From assembly GCF_009914755.1 (NCBI RefSeq), contig NC_060930.1: DNA of 64,000 nucleotides; one strand, given 5' to 3'. Numbering within the stretch: the stretch's first letter is position 1; every line of letters starts with the position of its first letter. The translations under genes were made by a program, and so were the position numbers. Under the pieces are notes generated by a model. That model did not search any database. It was not told the origin of the DNA and saw only the letters and a program-made list of their open reading frames with translations. The DNA is from the human T2T-CHM13v2.0 reference genome, Homo sapiens. Of this stretch, positions 1 through 17,947 are shown piece by piece.

Positions 1-163
1 AGATTGATGGATAGAAAATTGGGCCAAGAAAGATCCAGGATTCCAGAGTGTTCTGACTTTGCTACTGGTTCATTCATTCAGTGACCTCAGGCAATTCTGG
101 TTATTATTTCACAACTCAGTTTCCCTGTCTGTAAAGTAAGAATCCTGACATTTATTATGCAGG

Positions 164-412
164 TAGTATGGCAAGTTGGTTGAGAGCATGGGCTCTGAAT
201 GCAGATTGCCTGGTTTGACTTCTGACTCTCCCACTTCTAACTGTGATTCTGGGCAAGCCACTTATGTCTATGCTTCGGTTTTCTCATCTGTCAAATTATT
301 ATCCTCATAATAGTAGTACCTACTTCATAGGATTATTGTGGGGAATACATGTGGTGATATAAGTAAAATGCCTGACACGTTGCACCTAGTCAGCATTAGT
401 ACTAGTATTATT
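164..412 (+). mobile_element. MIR SINE
   Basis: MIR core (gagcatgggctctg...ctgggcaagccactt...ttttctcatctgtcaaat) and tatta tail. Confidence 0.8.
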
Positions 413-872
413 TTACTTATCTAGAGTTCGTATTGATATTATTATCATAACCTAATCAAGGATACTGAGATTCAAAGAAGTAGAAAACTAAGGACAAATA
501 GAAGTTTGTCTTGAATTTACTTAAAAAAAAATTAAGCCCAAGCCGCTTTATACAGAAGCCAAGATTTCAAGAACGTTTGCAAATGTAGAATCACTGGAAA
601 TACTTTCCAACTATCTCCACATGACGTAAGCAAACATTCAAGGAACAAGTGGAGTGCAGCAAGGCCAGGGAGCAGAGTGGGAGGTCCCTGCCTCTGTCAG
701 CAGGTCCAGGGCTAAGCCAAGGCATCTGCAAAATCTCCAGCAACATCCTCATAATAATTATTTTAGGTGGCATCTGGATTTTACAAACATTAATTAGTTA
801 CTTGGATAAGGTGTGGGCTATACCACTCCCAGGGCTGGGTTAATTGAGGTACAGATACATGCCTAGAGATGA

Positions 873-1543
<671 letters not shown>

Positions 1544-1679
1544 TGATGTTCATTTCTTTGCTATAGCCATAGCACCACATCCCTGCAAATGATGAATACG
1601 TTCTTTCTTTTTGTCCTTTGTTGCACATTTAAAAAATGCCTACAATGTGGCATATCTGTGCTAGCAGCCAAACATTGTG

Positions 1680-1800
1680 GAATATTATTCCCACTTCCTA
1701 GATATTTGTTAAAAAATGAAACTTTAAGATACTAAGTTATTTTGCTCAAGGCCCCAAAGCTATTAGGTGACAGGAATGGGATTTAGATCTGGATCTGTCC
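1680..1800 (-). mobile_element. MIR fragment
   Basis: attattcccactt...ttgctcaagg...gggatttagatctggatctgtc. Confidence 0.6.
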
Positions 1801-1824
1801 TTTACCCAATTTTCTCTAGAGAAT

Positions 1825-1863
1825 CTCATGTTTTGAATACAAGCAAGGTATTCAAAACATGAG
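1825..1863. repeat. Perfect 16-bp inverted repeat, 7-nt loop
   Basis: ctcatgttttgaatac-aagcaag-gtattcaaaacatgag. Confidence 0.95.
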
Positions 1864-1866
1864 TAG

Positions 1867-1908
1867 GTGAGTAGGTAGGAGAGATGGGTGAGTAGGTAGG
1901 AGAGATGG
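1867..1908. repeat. 21-bp tandem duplication
   Basis: gtgagtaggtaggagagatgg x2. Confidence 0.95.
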
Positions 1909-1968
1909 AAAGGATTTAGAAGATCTTGGAGATAAACTTGACTGAGGAATTAAAATTGGTTACCGGAG

Positions 1969-2539
<571 letters not shown>

Positions 2540-2813
2540 TTAGGAAGGAAGAAGGCCAGAGTGGGCTGTTCCTTCAGTCATTGAACCCAAGCGTTGAGAG
2601 TGAGACTAGAACTGGAGACAAAGCTCAGTGTTGGAAGCGAGGTGGATGCTAGAATGGAGTGGAGAGTCAAGAGTAAGTGTCGAGGCAGAGCTTGGGTTCA
2701 AGGCACTTTTGATGAACAGAGCTGGTGGGCTGGGGCTAGTTTGAAATGACTTCAAGGAGCAAGGGCAGACCCATGTGGCTTACAGGCACAGAGTTTGGAA
2801 ATAGAAGAAAATG

Positions 2814-3157
<344 letters not shown>

Positions 3158-3460
3158 TTAAGGGGGCAGAGTTTTAAATAAACTTTCATTCCTCTGACAT
3201 CAGAGTGAATTGACCAGGTGGAAAGAGGGGAGGTAGGGAGCAGGACTGTTGGAGGCAGAGTCAGTTAAGGGTGTTTATAGAATTAATTCACTGGGAGCAG
3301 GGAAGATATGGATAAAATGCCCTATCTCCAAAAAAGCCTCAGTGTAAAGTGCAATATGTCTAGGAAAAGCTACATTAGATTGAAAGTTTTATGGTTGCCC
3401 ATTGGAGGGCTTCTGCAGGGAGGCTGAGGGATGTTTTGGGGGCTGTGACATTTGAGGGCT

Positions 3461-3540
3461 AGATAATTGATCAAATAAATAGATGAATATTTGTGTCCTT
3501 CCTCCCACAAATATTCATCTGTTTATTTGACTAATTATCT
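3461..3540. repeat. 35-bp-arm inverted repeat (hairpin), 10-nt loop
   Basis: Arms 3461-3495 and 3506-3540: 32 Watson-Crick pairs, 2 G-U pairs and 1 mismatch on the + strand. Confidence 0.95.
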
Positions 3541-4147
3541 GTTGAGCACATACCATTGTGCTAGCTACTGTTGGGCACCAGAAACAGTGGGTCCCAAGAC
3601 ATCAATATCTCTGTGTACATGGACATAGATTTATTATAGTGGGGGAGACAAAGATGGAACAATTAAACATACAATTTAAGGTTTAAATTTGGAAAGTGAG
3701 TGCTATGAGAGAGATGATAGAAGGATATAATTTAGATTGGGTTGAGTGGGGAGGCCTCTCTGAAGAATTCATATCTAAGCTGAGGTCTGATGGGTGAGCA
3801 GGGGTTAATGACAGGCAAAGCATAGGGAAAGAGTATTCCAGGTTGAGGCTGAGTGTTGAGGTTGAGGTTGAGGTGGCTCACGCCTGTAATTCCAGCACTT
3901 TGGGAGGCCAAGGCGGGCAGACCACTTGAAGTCAGGAGTTCTAGACCAGCCTGGCCAACATGGTGAAACTCCATCTCTACTAAAAATACAAAAATTAGCT
4001 GGGCATGGTGGTGGGCGCCAGTTGTCCCAGCTACTCAGGAGGCTGAGGCAGGAGAATTGCTTGAACTTAGGAGGCAGAGGTTGCAGTGAGCTGAGATTTT
4101 GCCACTACACTCCAGCCTGGGCAACAGAATGAGACTCTGTCACAAAA

Positions 4148-4191
<44 letters not shown>

Positions 4192-4450
4192 AATTCTAAG
4201 TTTTATCTTTATTCCAAAAGAAGCCATTAGAGAGCCATTAAATAGGGAAATGATATAAAGAATTTATGTTTTAGCCTGGGCTGCTGCACGGAGAGAGGAT
4301 TGGAGAGGTGAACATAGGAAGATTGATTAAGAGGCTCCTAGAGAAGTCCCAGCAAGATAAGACCATGTCCAGAAGGACCAGTGGCAGTAAAGCTGGAAAA
4401 GTGACAGTTCATCTGGGTTATACAATATTTTCAAGGTAGAATACAAGACT
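3510..4450 (-). mobile_element. L2 LINE 3' region, split by Alu
   Basis: ttgagcacataccattgtgctag...; gggaggcctctctgaagaa...aagctgaggtctga; resumes after 4193. Confidence 0.75.
3847..4192 (+). mobile_element. Alu (Sx-like), (TAAA)n tail
   Basis: Full dimer with (TGAGGT)n insert in its 5' end. Confidence 0.95.
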
Positions 4451-5030
4451 TGACAATATACTCTAACCTCTGAAAGTGAAACAACTCTTCATAATTATGT
4501 GGAATGTAGAGCTACAACTGTACAATTTGTTTTGATGCCAAAGTTTCAACGAAAATGCTGAATTATTTTTAACATTTACAAAGAAAGAAAGCAAATTATA
4601 TATTTTTTCTTGATGATCCCAGCAAGTTGGTGCATTAGATTATGAGCAGTGAAATCTGATGTTGTGTGCCTCACAATTTTGAAGCTCATGTTCTCTTGGT
4701 TGCAGTCATTAATCTCTTGTCTTCTCCAGTTATATTTGTTTATTTAAGACTGCAGGCTGGATTGATTTTACTAGATATGGGTCTCCTTGGTGAGAGGGTC
4801 ATGAAGGGACAGTGAGGATGTTATGTGAGCTGAAATCATGACATACAAACAGCAAAGAGCAGAGGCTGGGCCCCATCAGGGTTGCTGGATGTTGTATGAA
4901 TCCATTCGTGTTTTGAGACGAGCATCTCCTTAGAAAAATACTTTCTGGCAAAGTAGTTTACAGGTATTTATTTCCAGATTTGGATAATAAAAACATAATA
5001 ATACAAATATATAGATGGTCTTAAACTTTA

Positions 5031-5704
<674 letters not shown>

Positions 5705-6105
5705 TAACTCATTAAATATGGACAGGGAAGTCTCATGGATGGAATCTGATGTTGAGGCTGTATGTGTTGAGCCTATATTTTTGAGACTAGGACAAAGCAA
5801 CAAAAATGGAAATACCTTTTGTTCCCCCTTCCAGCCACTTTTCCCCACCCTAGCTAAAATCTAGGAAAACATTTCTAAAGGAGAAGCTGGAGGGCAATCC
5901 TATCTTATCATTCTCTTCCCAATGTCTTCCCCCTTCATTCAAAGGGTCTGTGTCTTCAAAAGTAAAACCTTCCGGAAGAGAAGTTCTATGGGAGTCTCTG
6001 ATCTCAGGATGTGTGATATGTGACAACATTTCACACTTCCCTAATTCAGAGCGTTGGGATGGCAGCAGCGGGGAGCAAGAAGAATTCTAAAAGACTGTGA
6101 AAGAT

Positions 6106-6720
<615 letters not shown>

Positions 6721-6797
6721 CTAGCCTCTTACTGGATGTCTTTCCTATAGTGCTAACTAGAGTGAGAAATCAAGGTATATGTTGTAATTACCAGTAA

Positions 6798-7227
<430 letters not shown>

Positions 7228-7472
7228 AATTATTAAAAAAAAATAACACTTTCTTGTTCAGTGTGGTACAATAGATGGAGAAAAGCTAGTCTTTCTAGTT
7301 AGAAAATCTTGGTTTCAGTTTATTAGCTTTTTGAACTCGAACAAACTCTTGCTAGAATGCAAGTGCCATGGATTCAGGTTCACTGATGAACCACCACATA
7401 GTAGGCACTTATCGGTAAGATCAAGTTAAATGAATGAAGCCATTTATAGTTTCCTGAGCTTTGATTTTTCTC

Positions 7473-7772
7473 TTATTATTGTTATTATTCTGAGACAGGG
7501 TCTTGCTCTCTTGCCCAGGTTGGAGTGCATGGCGTGATCTTGGCTCACTGCAACCTCTGGCTTCCGGGTTCAAGCAATTCACATGCCTCAGCCTCCCGAG
7601 TAGCTGAGATTACAGGTGTTTGCTACCATGCCCAGCTAATTTTTGTATTTTTAGTAAAGAAGAGGCTTTGCCATGTTGGCCAGGCTGGTTGTGAACTACC
7701 GGCCTCAAGTGATCTGCCCGCCTTGTCCTCCCAAAGTGCTAGAATTATAGGCGTGAGGCACCACTCCTGGCC
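7473..7772 (-). mobile_element. Alu (Sx/J-like) within MIR remnant
   Basis: TSD tgatttt(t)ctc. Confidence 0.95.
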
Positions 7773-7960
7773 TGATTTTCTCATATTAAAGAGGGACATG
7801 TAATACTTCAAAGGGTTGTCATGAAAATGATAGATAACGTGTTTGTTATAAAATACCTGACCAGGGAAGACAATCTGGTTACACAGAACTTTGGAATAAC
7901 TTCAGTTGTATTGTTGCCCCCAGGCATGGTTTCTTCTCGTCTCTCTTTCCCTCTTTCAAG

Positions 7961-8251
<291 letters not shown>

Positions 8252-8529
8252 TCCCTTTAGATAGATTTTAGCTTTACTGAGGAATGCAAGCAATTCATTA
8301 GAAACTGCCAGCCAGAAAGCAGACGCATGTGCTGCCATTGGGTGACCTCTTAATGATGTGCTCAAAGAGTATTTACCTATATGATAAATATGGTGCGTTG
8401 TTCTTTGGGGACTTTTAGCAGTCTAAACAAATGCTTTTTAACAAACAGGATCCTCCAGCTGTATCCTTTTGTCTCCTTTCTGCCTTTCCCTGTCAGTTTT
8501 TGTTTTCTGGCCACCCTAAGCTGCTCTCA

Positions 8530-8852
8530 GTTCTTGAACAAACCACAGCTTTCTGCATCTCTAGCCTTCACTACCTGGACTTCCCATCACTTTGCCCTGC
8601 GCTTTAGGTCTCATTTTAATACCACATCTCAAAGACGCCTTTTTCAGTCTTTCAGGGTAGCTCTGGTCTCTTGTCGTATGATCCCATAATTCTCTGTGGT
8701 TCCTCTTTCATGATAGTAATCACACCTATTGCTTCTTCATGACTATCTTCTCCACTACACTCTGAGCTTCATGGTGGCAGAACCTGCCTTGTTCACCATC
8801 GCATCCTCAGTGTCTGGCACAAAGTAAACATGCAGAGACATTTTTGTTGAAT
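8530..8852 (+). mobile_element. L2 3' end
   Basis: ttgttcaccatcgcatcctcagtgtctggcacaaagtaaac...tttgttgaat. Confidence 0.8.
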
Positions 8853-8860
8853 TCAAAGTG

Positions 8861-8994
8861 GGCTGGGCAGGGTGGCATGTAATCCCAGCACTTTGGGAGG
8901 CTGAGGTGGGATGATCGCTTGAGGCCAGGAGTTCGAGATCAGTATGGGTAATATAGCAAGACGCTGTCTCTATTTAAAAATAATTAGAAAAAGA
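8861..8994 (+). mobile_element. Free left Alu monomer (FLAM-like)
   Basis: Left arm only, A-rich tail, aaagtg on both sides. Confidence 0.85.
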
Positions 8995-9120
8995 AAGTGA
9001 ACAAATTAAACAAATGTCTCAAAAAGATTTCAGCACCAGAAGAGATCTTAAAGGTATAGTGATCATATTTGCTCAAACAAAAGGCAGAAATTATTGCCTG
9101 GTAAAGGATTTTGTTTTTGA

Positions 9121-9443
<323 letters not shown>

Positions 9444-9726
9444 AAAAATTATAATAAAACTGGAATTTCAAGAATTTTTGGTTATATATTTAATATATAT
9501 ATTTTATATATATATTTGCTTTTGTTAAAGATATGACAATTATTTGGCATTATGATAATCAAGAAGCATCTGGCATAAATGCTCTTACACTTAAAGTAAT
9601 CTAGAGTTCAATAAAATAAAAATCTATGTAGTGAGTTAATGTTTTTAAAATATTAACAGGTATTTTTCATTTTGGTAACTCCTAATTTCATGTTACCTCA
9701 CAGTTCTTGATTCTAGAGCCAGATAG

Positions 9727-10070
<344 letters not shown>

Positions 10071-10155
10071 GGTTCTTATTGATCTTAAGGAAGTTTCTTA
10101 AACTATGTACGCCACATTTTCACTATTTGTAAACTGGTATAAAGTAGTATCTGTT

Positions 10156-10457
<302 letters not shown>

Positions 10458-11396
10458 GTATCTATGTAATAGAGTTATTTTGAAGGTGGACTGAGATAAT
10501 ACATGTAAAATTACTAGAATGGTGCTTGGCACTTGGCTGTCAATACATATTATTTTATTATTATTGTTATTATCCTGAGAGCAGTCACACCTGAAAACAA
10601 AATAATCATTGCTTAGCTTTGCATTTTAAAATGGTTTTAAAAGTCTGTATTTAAAAACCTATTAAGTCAAAAGTCTGTAACAGGGCAACATCAGAGAAAA
10701 TGGTGAAGTAAGGGCCTATGAAAATTCTTTCCTCTGTGAAAGCAGCAAGAAAACTAAAAAAGATTGTCAGAATAAATTTTTCTCAAACTCTGAAAATTAA
10801 TCAAAGGTTTTCAGCTATCCAGGGACATTTATTCAGGTAAATAATAGAGAACCTAGTAGAAGTTTCTGACTAGAAAACAGCTAAATCTCAATTAGAAAAG
10901 TGAGCTTTGGGGCATTTTAACCTGGTGTATTCCCATCCTCTACTCTTCAGTCTCATGGCAGCCTGAGAACTAAGAGCTCACAATCACAATGAAAACCAGC
11001 AGTGTGGTAGCCATTGGAGTAGGCAGAACAGAGTTGTAGCGCCTTTAATGCCTCACTCAAAGAAAATTGTCATTATCTGATCCATCTGGTGGTTCTCTGG
11101 AAGACCTATTTACAAGACTGTCTGTATTTAACCTAACTTGGGGCTGATTCAGTGTCACTGCAAAAGACCTTTTCCCCCTGAGATGGGTTTTTGTTGAAAA
11201 TATTTAAACGTGATTGTTTAGCTATTTGGCTGCCTGAGGTAATGGATAACAGCTGGGGCAAACAATAGGTTAAACAAAAAGCTTAAAAGGAAAAACTGAG
11301 GAGTGAGATGTTTACAGGGATTTTGAAAAGCCCTGGCATATTTCCGGGGAATTTAGAAGGTCATGTGCATGTGTAGGGCTCTGTGCATGCTAAGAG

Positions 11397-12084
11397 TTTT
11401 AGAGCAAGTAGCTAGGCAGACAGGAGCAGGGCAGGAGTGGGCCTCCCACCCCACCAGGAATGTCAGGCAACCATCAGGTGATGGTCAGATAGTTGTTGAA
11501 CTGTCTGTCTAAAATAATAATTGGTTGCAGCCAGTGCCAGGGAAAGGCTGGCTCCCAATAGACACAAAACACCTGAAACTGGTGATCAGCAGCTTCCTGA
11601 TAAGATCTCAGGAGCTGGGCGAGTAGGCTCAAGCATGCGCACTAAGGGGCAAAATGATGAAGTTTAGCTGGTATATGACCTTCCTTTAGGAACACTTGAC
11701 TGGTAAGGGAAAAATGCCTCAAATAAGCATGTGCACAACTTTAGTAAAGACACTGTGCATGTGGCCCCTCCCAAGTGCTGGCAGGCCACTGCACATGCAG
11801 ACAGCCCACACTAAGGGAAAAATCAAGGGAGAAGAGACGTAAAACCCCAGAAGCATGCCAACATACAACCCCCAAGTCAAAGGTCAAACAGTGCACTTGG
11901 ATCTCTGAAGTCTCCTGCTTGTCCTCCTTTTTGTTCCTGCTCTAAAATATTTAAATAAACGTTCACTCTCGCTCCTGCTCTAAAACTTGCCTTGGTCTGC
12001 CTTATATCCCTCAGGTGAATTATTTCGTCTGAGGAGGCAAGAATTGAGGTGCTGCAGATTTGTATGGATTTGCTGCTGCTAACA
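11397..12084 (+). mobile_element. Solo LTR, MER50-like (ERV1)
   Basis: t(t)ttagagcaagtagctaggcagaca...gctaaca; 4-bp TSD agag (11393-11396, 12085-12088); AATAAA near 11955. Confidence 0.85.
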
Positions 12085-12344
12085 AGAGCTGTGTGTATGC
12101 TCGGGAAAGACCTGAGAAAACCTTAAGCTGTCACCTCTGGCTGCCCTTGAGGCTCTACAGAAAGTGAAGCCTAAGGCAAAGTTGTCAACTGCCTGGCTAA
12201 ATATTGAAGGCAGCCCCAATATGCACACAGAGCCCTTCAGCAAAGACTGGGAGAAGTATCCATTCCAAAAGTGTAAGAAAATCTCTGTCCAATCACTAGA
12301 GGAACACTAAGCTAACTGAGCAGAGACTTACCAGCCATACATAA

Positions 12345-12678
<334 letters not shown>

Positions 12679-12956
12679 TAAAAAATTAGTTCTTAAAAGT
12701 CACTAAACAACAGCAAATAGAAACCAGCAACAACAAATCCTGAGCAGGGCAAAGAATCTAATTTCCAGAGTTACCACATTTTAAATTTATATTTTATTTA
12801 TTTGTATTTTATATGTCTAGTTTAGTGGTTAACAAATATTTCTAGACTTTCAAATAAAAAGTATGGCCCAAACACAGGAAAAAAAAAAGTAGTCAACAGA
12901 AATGTTCCCTGAAGAAGCTCAGGCACAGGACTTTAGACTAAAGACTTTAAATCAGC

Positions 12957-13013
12957 TTTTCTTTTCTTTTTTTTTTGCATCCCTGGGTGGGCATGATCTA
13001 AACCACCTACTTT
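12957..13013 (-). pseudogene. Retroposed 3' fragment of tRNA-Asn(GTT) with poly(A) tail
   Basis: Minus strand ...gcccacccagggatgc + A-tail matches tRNA-Asn 3' end GCCCACCCAGGGACG(C) with a CpG-type change; interrupts L1 ORF1. Confidence 0.7.
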
Positions 13014-13447
13014 AAAATATGTTCAGAGAACTATAGTAAAGTATGGTAATGATGTCTCACCAAGTATAGAATATCAATAAACAGATAGAGATTATTTAGA
13101 AAAAGAACAAAATATAAATTTTGGATGTTAGAAGTATAACTGAAATGAAACTTTCATTAGAAGAGCTCAACAGAAGATCTGAGTAGGTAGAAGAAAGAAT
13201 CAGCAAATGTGATGATCAGCTGAAATTTTTCTGTTTGATGAACAGAAAGAAAAAGGAATAAAGAAAATGAGCAGAGCCTTAGAAACCTGTAGGACACAAT
13301 CAAGCATGCCAACATATGCATAATGGGAGTTCCAAAAGGAGAGAAGAGAGAGAACTATGCAAAAGAATACTTGATAAAATAATGTCTGAAAACTTCCCAA
13401 ATTTGGTGAAGAGTCTGTAGCAGATACAATGACCTAGGAGCCAAAGA

Positions 13448-14217
<770 letters not shown>

Positions 14218-14972
14218 TAAGACTTCTTTCTGGGCTAGTTTGAAGGGCTCAGAGATAAATGGAGGAGCTAGTTGAAGAGAAAAAATAGAGTTGAGATGTT
14301 ACAATGGGACTTTGCACTCTACAACCCTTCTCTCAAGATAAAAATTCTCGTTACACATGGATAGAAGACAGAAAACTCAGAGGTGTGAGGATTCCTCAAT
14401 CCATCTGGAGCTCTGGGAAGAGTGCCCTGGGCCATTCTGGGTGGGGGTGGGAGGGTGGTCACAATAGAGACGAAGGGAAAGTGCAGTGTGTTTAGGTGGA
14501 GAGGATATGACAGAGTTGGCTTGCTCACTCACGTGCCGCCACCCTCACCCCCCTCCACCAAATGTATTTCTCCATCCATGGGGCTGGAATATGTCTAAAA
14601 GTTATTTTCCATGTCTTAGCGGGACCCAGAATGAGTTCATAACTGAGGATGGGTGTGTCCATCAGAGGGTCACCATGGTGTGAAATAATGGGACCTCAGA
14701 GTAGAGGTCATGGTAGAATAGTTTAGCATGGATAGGATAAGAGATGTGGCTGAATGGTGGAGAATCAGCAGTGCCATTGTGAGACAAAGAGAGAAGACTA
14801 CCCTGTCTCCAAGCAGTCCTGGAGCACCAACCAGCAAAGAGGACAGATTATCTAAACTTGACCTTGACCGTCAACATAGCGGGGACAGAGGCTGCCGCAC
14901 AAGCCACACCTCAGGAAAGCTGGTGAAGAGGGAGATAACACATGGAACAATGCTCCCCTGGTGCTGGGATAA

Positions 14973-15382
<410 letters not shown>

Positions 15383-16580
15383 AGGAAGAGAATCTTAAAA
15401 GATGACATCTTTAAGATGGAAGTGACTTGAATCCCTGAAATGGATACAACTAAGTTTTCTGCTACCAGAGACAATGGGATCTTGAGAGCTAAAATTAATT
15501 TCAGCCATAGACAAGGAAAATTATATCTTTGCACATCTAGACTGTAGTACTGTGAAAATGTATTTCTACTGTACCTGTTTAGGTTATCTCTCATTTCATC
15601 AAAATTGCACTTATTTTGTATCATATGTGCATTTAATTGTGTACCTTAGATATTCCACAAAAAGAAAGAGAAATATTCTTTGAATATTATGGGAGAGTCT
15701 ACCCACTGTTCCTTCCAGGAAGCACGTGAATAAGCCATTCCTTAGCTCGGCTCAGTACCCGAGGGCTTCTCATAGAGTGAAAATCTCACCAAACTGAGCA
15801 CAGTTCTATTTCTAAAGACACTTAATTTTCACAACCCCAACTGCATGTCAGTTATTTCATTCAGTGCTCCACTCAAGAGACAGCAATCTGTTCCAACAAT
15901 GGAGCAACACCTGTCTCTGTAGAATTTCCTGAGAGAGTCTTCCTGAGGATTGTCAAAGAGAATTGGACTGTGTGCTTTTCTCTGTACGTGCTAACATTTA
16001 AATCTAACCCTAAGGTAAGATAAGACTTCAAATTTTTGGCTGAATATCTAGAGAACAGTTTGAGACATACCTCCTTTAAAGAGCTGACAGTGGCTTTATG
16101 TTTGTGGGTTAATTTTTCTTTAATAACATCACAGATCAAGTTAAATTAATGTTTACTTTTCTCAAAATGTTGGGATGGTCTCCCTAAATTAAGTACAAAG
16201 GTGGTAATTTAATGTATTCTTTCAACAAAGTACTAATGTTTGAGGAAAAAAGATGGCCTTGTGAATTTAGTTTCATATATACTGGGGTCTCTCAAAGATG
16301 AACAAACATTTGGAGCCAACTGGAACTTGATGCTGAGTTAAAGCATTCAGACACCTACACACGGTTGCCAAGGCCTTGGGCAGCGATCCTGAAATGGGAG
16401 CCACGGCAGGTGGGGCCCTGTTTCTAAGTCTCAACAGACTCTAGATTATATCTGGGCATTTTTCCCTCTTATTGGTCAGAGTCAAAAAGGTGAATTCAGT
16501 GGTATTGACATGCTTTTATTATTGTTATTATTTAGGAACTGCCTTTGTTTAAAACTGAATTTTTATTTTTTACAAAGTAA

Positions 16581-16929
<349 letters not shown>

Positions 16930-17091
16930 TTTTTTATTTTTTAAATTGAGACAGGGTCTCACTCTGTCATCCAGGCTGGAGCGCAGTGGCACCATCACGG
17001 CTTACTGGACCCTCGACTTCCTGGGCTCAGGTAATCCTCCCACCTGAGCCTCCTGAATAGCTGGGACTAGGCGTGTGCCACTACACCCGGC
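16930..17091 (-). mobile_element. Right Alu monomer (FRAM/J-like)
   Basis: Right arm only; TSD tgtac(a/g)tagtttt at 16586-16598 and 17092-17104. Confidence 0.85.
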
Positions 17092-17225
17092 TGTACGTAG
17101 TTTTAAAACTACAATAATATACTGGACTTCATAATCTCCTAATTCTTGCTTCTATGAGGTAAAAACGTTCAACATTTTCAAATGTTTTCAAAAATAGCAA
17201 AAAGAAGCTAGTGATTTTTCTGGTA

Positions 17226-17546
<321 letters not shown>

Positions 17547-17573
17547 AGGATTCAGCATTGTTATACATACAAG

Positions 17574-17892
<319 letters not shown>

Positions 17893-17947
17893 CCACACAT
17901 AAGTATTTTTGGTCTGAATCACCTTGGCTTGAATGATCAAATATAAT

